Source: Dehalococcoidia bacterium (GTDB lineage Bacteria > Chloroflexota > Dehalococcoidia > UBA2979). From it: a DNA stretch of 64,000 nt. The stretch's first letter is position 1. Each line of letters starts with the position of its first letter. The translations under genes were made by a program, and so were the position numbers. The notes beneath the pieces are model-generated. The model ran no database searches, was not told the origin of the DNA, and worked only from the letters and a program-made list of their open reading frames with translations. The stretch lies in assembly GCA_965262725.1 (NCBI GenBank), contig OZ253555.1:2880001-2944000 (forward strand), in the 5' to 3' direction. This document shows, in pieces, positions 61,851-64,000 of the stretch.

Positions 61851-63533
61851 CTAGGCCGGGACGATGTTCTCGAACCGCGCCGACGGCGTCGTCCACGGAA
61901 CGTAGCTCGACGGGTCGATGAGGTCGTTGCGGAAGGCGTAGATGGCCGGGTTCTCGGCGATGTACGCCGACGGACCGGCCTCGAACGCGCCGCCGCTCTC
62001 GATACGCTCCTCCTGCATCAGCTCGCGGTAGAGCTGGTTGCGGGCCTCGCCGTCGACCTCCCTGTTGACCGCCTCGAAGAGCTCGTCGAACCTCGGGTTC
62101 GCCCAGAGGTCGTACGGGTTCGTGCTGACGTGCCACTGCAGCGCCAGCGCCGCCTCGTAGAGGAACGACGACCAGCCCATGAGGAAGGCCCCCGGGCGGC
62201 CCTCGGTGGCCCGGCCGTAGAGACGGTCACGCCACACGTTGACCTCGATCGTCCGCACGTCGGTCTCGACGCCGATGTCGCCCCAGAGCCCGATGCTGGA
62301 CTCGAGGATCGGCTTGAGGTGCGGGGCGATCAGGATCTGTGCGTCGATGTTCATCGATGCGCTGCTCCCGAGGCCCGCGTCGATGATGAGCTGTCTCGCC
62401 TTGTCCGGGTCGAAGGGGATCACGTCCCAGTCGGGCTGGTGGCCGAAGACATCCGGCGTGATCAACTGGTCCTTCGCCGGCCGCGTCTGGCCGTCGTAGG
62501 CCGCCAGGATGATGCCCTCGCGGTCGAGCGCGTAGTTGAGCGCCTGACGCACGCGCGGGTCGTTCGTGATGCCGGGGTCGTCGTCCGGCTTGTTCGCGAA
62601 GTCCCACGCCTGGTTGGTCGTCGGCGGCGCGTTGATCACGGTCGTGTTGGCGAAGCTGCGCACACGATCGGCGTCGATGGTCGGAACCTGCAGGGCGAAG
62701 TCGATGTCACCGGACTCGAGCGCCGCCACGCGGGTCGACGTCTCGGAGATCCAGTTGAAGTCGATCATGGTGACGCCCTTGATGTCACCGGCCCGATAGC
62801 CGGACGGCGACTTCACGAGCGTGACCTTCTGGCCCTGCTGGAAATCCTGCGCCACGTAGGCGCCGGTTCCCACCGGGGTCGCACCCATGAACGCCTCGGG
62901 GTTGATCGACGCGTCCGTGAAGATGTGCTCCGGCAGCGTGAAGACGATCCCCTCGCGCTTCGGGAAGATCGGGTCGCTGTCGGTGGTGATCTCGATCGTG
63001 CGGTCGTCGAGGATCTTCGACGACACGTACGTGCCGACACGCGAGATCAGCCGCGACTGGCTCTCCGGGTCCTTGTAGAAGTCGTGGACCCACGCCACGT
63101 CCGCGGCCGTGAACGGCGTTCCGTCCGACCACTCCGCCTCGCGGAGCTTGAAGACCCAGGTCGCGCCGTTGTCGCTGCTCTCCCACGACTCGGCCAGACC
63201 GGGCTCGATGTTGGCGCCGCCACCGGGCTGCGGCACCTGGCGGGTGAGGCCGTCGTAGATGGAGTGGAACTCGGACTCACTCGCCGCTGTCGAGTTCGGG
63301 CTCAGCGTCGGGATCGGGTTGGTGCCCGACCACCGGATGGTGATCTCCTTGGCCGGCTCGGCCGTCGGAGCCGCCGTCGCCACGGCCGTCGGAGCCGCCG
63401 TCGCCTGCGGAGCCGCTTCGTCGTCGTCGCCACAGCCGATCACGGCTGCGGTGGCGAGCCCGACACCACCGATCGCGCTCCCTCGCAGGAACGCCCGGCG
63501 CGTGACGCGCCCGCCCAAGAAACTGATTTCCAT
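61851..63533 (-). CDS. Family 5 ABC solute-binding protein, Tat lipoprotein
   Basis: 'VTRRAFLRG', 'VIGC' lipobox, 'PGLAESWE', 'WSDGTPFTAADV', 'PVGTGAY', 'DPRVRQALNYALDR'; SD AAGGAG. Confidence 0.92.
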   Translation of the reverse strand: MEISFLGGRVTRRAFLRGSAIGGVGLATAAVIGCGDDDEAAPQATAAPTAVATAAPTAEPAKEITIRWSGTNPIPTLSPNSTAASESEFHSIYDGLTRQVPQPGGGANIEPGLAESWESSDNGATWVFKLREAEWSDGTPFTAADVAWVHDFYKDPESQSRLISRVGTYVSSKILDDRTIEITTDSDPIFPKREGIVFTLPEHIFTDASINPEAFMGATPVGTGAYVAQDFQQGQKVTLVKSPSGYRAGDIKGVTMIDFNWISETSTRVAALESGDIDFALQVPTIDADRVRSFANTTVINAPPTTNQAWDFANKPDDDPGITNDPRVRQALNYALDREGIILAAYDGQTRPAKDQLITPDVFGHQPDWDVIPFDPDKARQLIIDAGLGSSASMNIDAQILIAPHLKPILESSIGLWGDIGVETDVRTIEVNVWRDRLYGRATEGRPGAFLMGWSSFLYEAALALQWHVSTNPYDLWANPRFDELFEAVNREVDGEARNQLYRELMQEERIESGGAFEAGPSAYIAENPAIYAFRNDLIDPSSYVPWTTPSARFENIVPA

Positions 63534-63544
63534 AATCTCCTTCG

Positions 63545-63577
63545 CTGCCTGCTTCTCTGCCTGCTTCTCTGCCTGCT
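63545..63577. repeat. 12-bp tandem repeat (CTGCCTGCTTCT x2.75) in the SBP 5' leader
   Basis: Directly visible just upstream of the SBP ribosome-binding site. Confidence 0.85.
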
Positions 63578-63875
63578 ACCTCGCCGCCGGACCCACCGCA
63601 CCCTCCTGCCGGCCGCTCGTGCGGTCCAGCGACGCCATCGGCCCGAGTCGCGTTTTCTACCACGGCTCCGTGGTAGGCGCACGCGGCATCTCTATTGGGG
63701 GAACGTCCACCCGAGGGGGCGTGGATCTGAGCTCGTGCAGAAATACACAATCGTTATCGAGGCTCACGCGGACGTCAGGATCCCTTCTCCCCGCCCCCGT
63801 CCGCGCGGCTCGAGGCTGAGGCGCGGCGAGCCGGCGCGCTTGACCGCGGCGCCCCGCTCGGCGCACCGTCGCGGC

Positions 63876-64000
63876 GTGCGGACGGTCGGCATCGCCACGG
63901 ATCCGCTCCTGTTGGAGCACGCGTCGGCGGGCCACCCGGAGCGCCCCGCCCGCCTCGCCGCGATCCTCCAGCAGATCGAGCGCCGCGGTCTCCGCGCCCG
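63876..64000 (+). CDS. Histone deacetylase/AcuC family amidohydrolase, 3'-partial
   Basis: Manual translation VRTVGIATDPLLLEHASAGHPERPARLAAILQQI; 'H....HPE.P.RL' is the HDAC-family N-terminal motif. Confidence 0.75.
   Translation, partial: MRTVGIATDPLLLEHASAGHPERPARLAAILQQIERRGLRA

Overview
Very GC-rich bacterial chromosome segment. Gene content (many FadE-like acyl-CoA dehydrogenases, LLM/F420 oxidoreductases, family III CoA-transferases, family 5 solute-binding proteins, remA-gmk, aroH-aroF) suggests Chloroflexota/Dehalococcoidia; this is an inference. About 1-33 kb is an accessory catabolic patchwork: MaoC, PNPOx-like, amidohydrolase, three ACADs, a TPP lyase, a CoA-transferase pair plus 3-hydroxyanthranilate dioxygenase, RecQ, an X-Y-Pro repeat surface protein, MmgE/PrpD, two signal-less SBPs plus a VOC protein, an iron SBP and a Tat sulfite oxidase. 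About 33-55 kb is housekeeping: an EF-G paralogue, tyrS, ribF, scpA and a large aromatic amino acid cluster (tyrA-aroA-remA-gmk, then trpE-[NUDIX/DinB]-trpGDCFB-[CPBP]-trpA-aroH-aroF). Two apparently identical 1208-bp IS5-family copies with CTAG target duplications sit in inverted orientation at 29.1 and 57.5 kb. Two pseudogenes (YciI, GNAT) are visible. No rRNA, tRNA or CRISPR array was recognised. Best leads: the NUDIX-DinB pseudo-enzyme and an unexplained attenuator in the trp operon, the signal-less SBP pair with a VOC protein, a small CCGHGGEPGC peptide next to a long hairpin, and the CoA-transferase/3-HAO operon.
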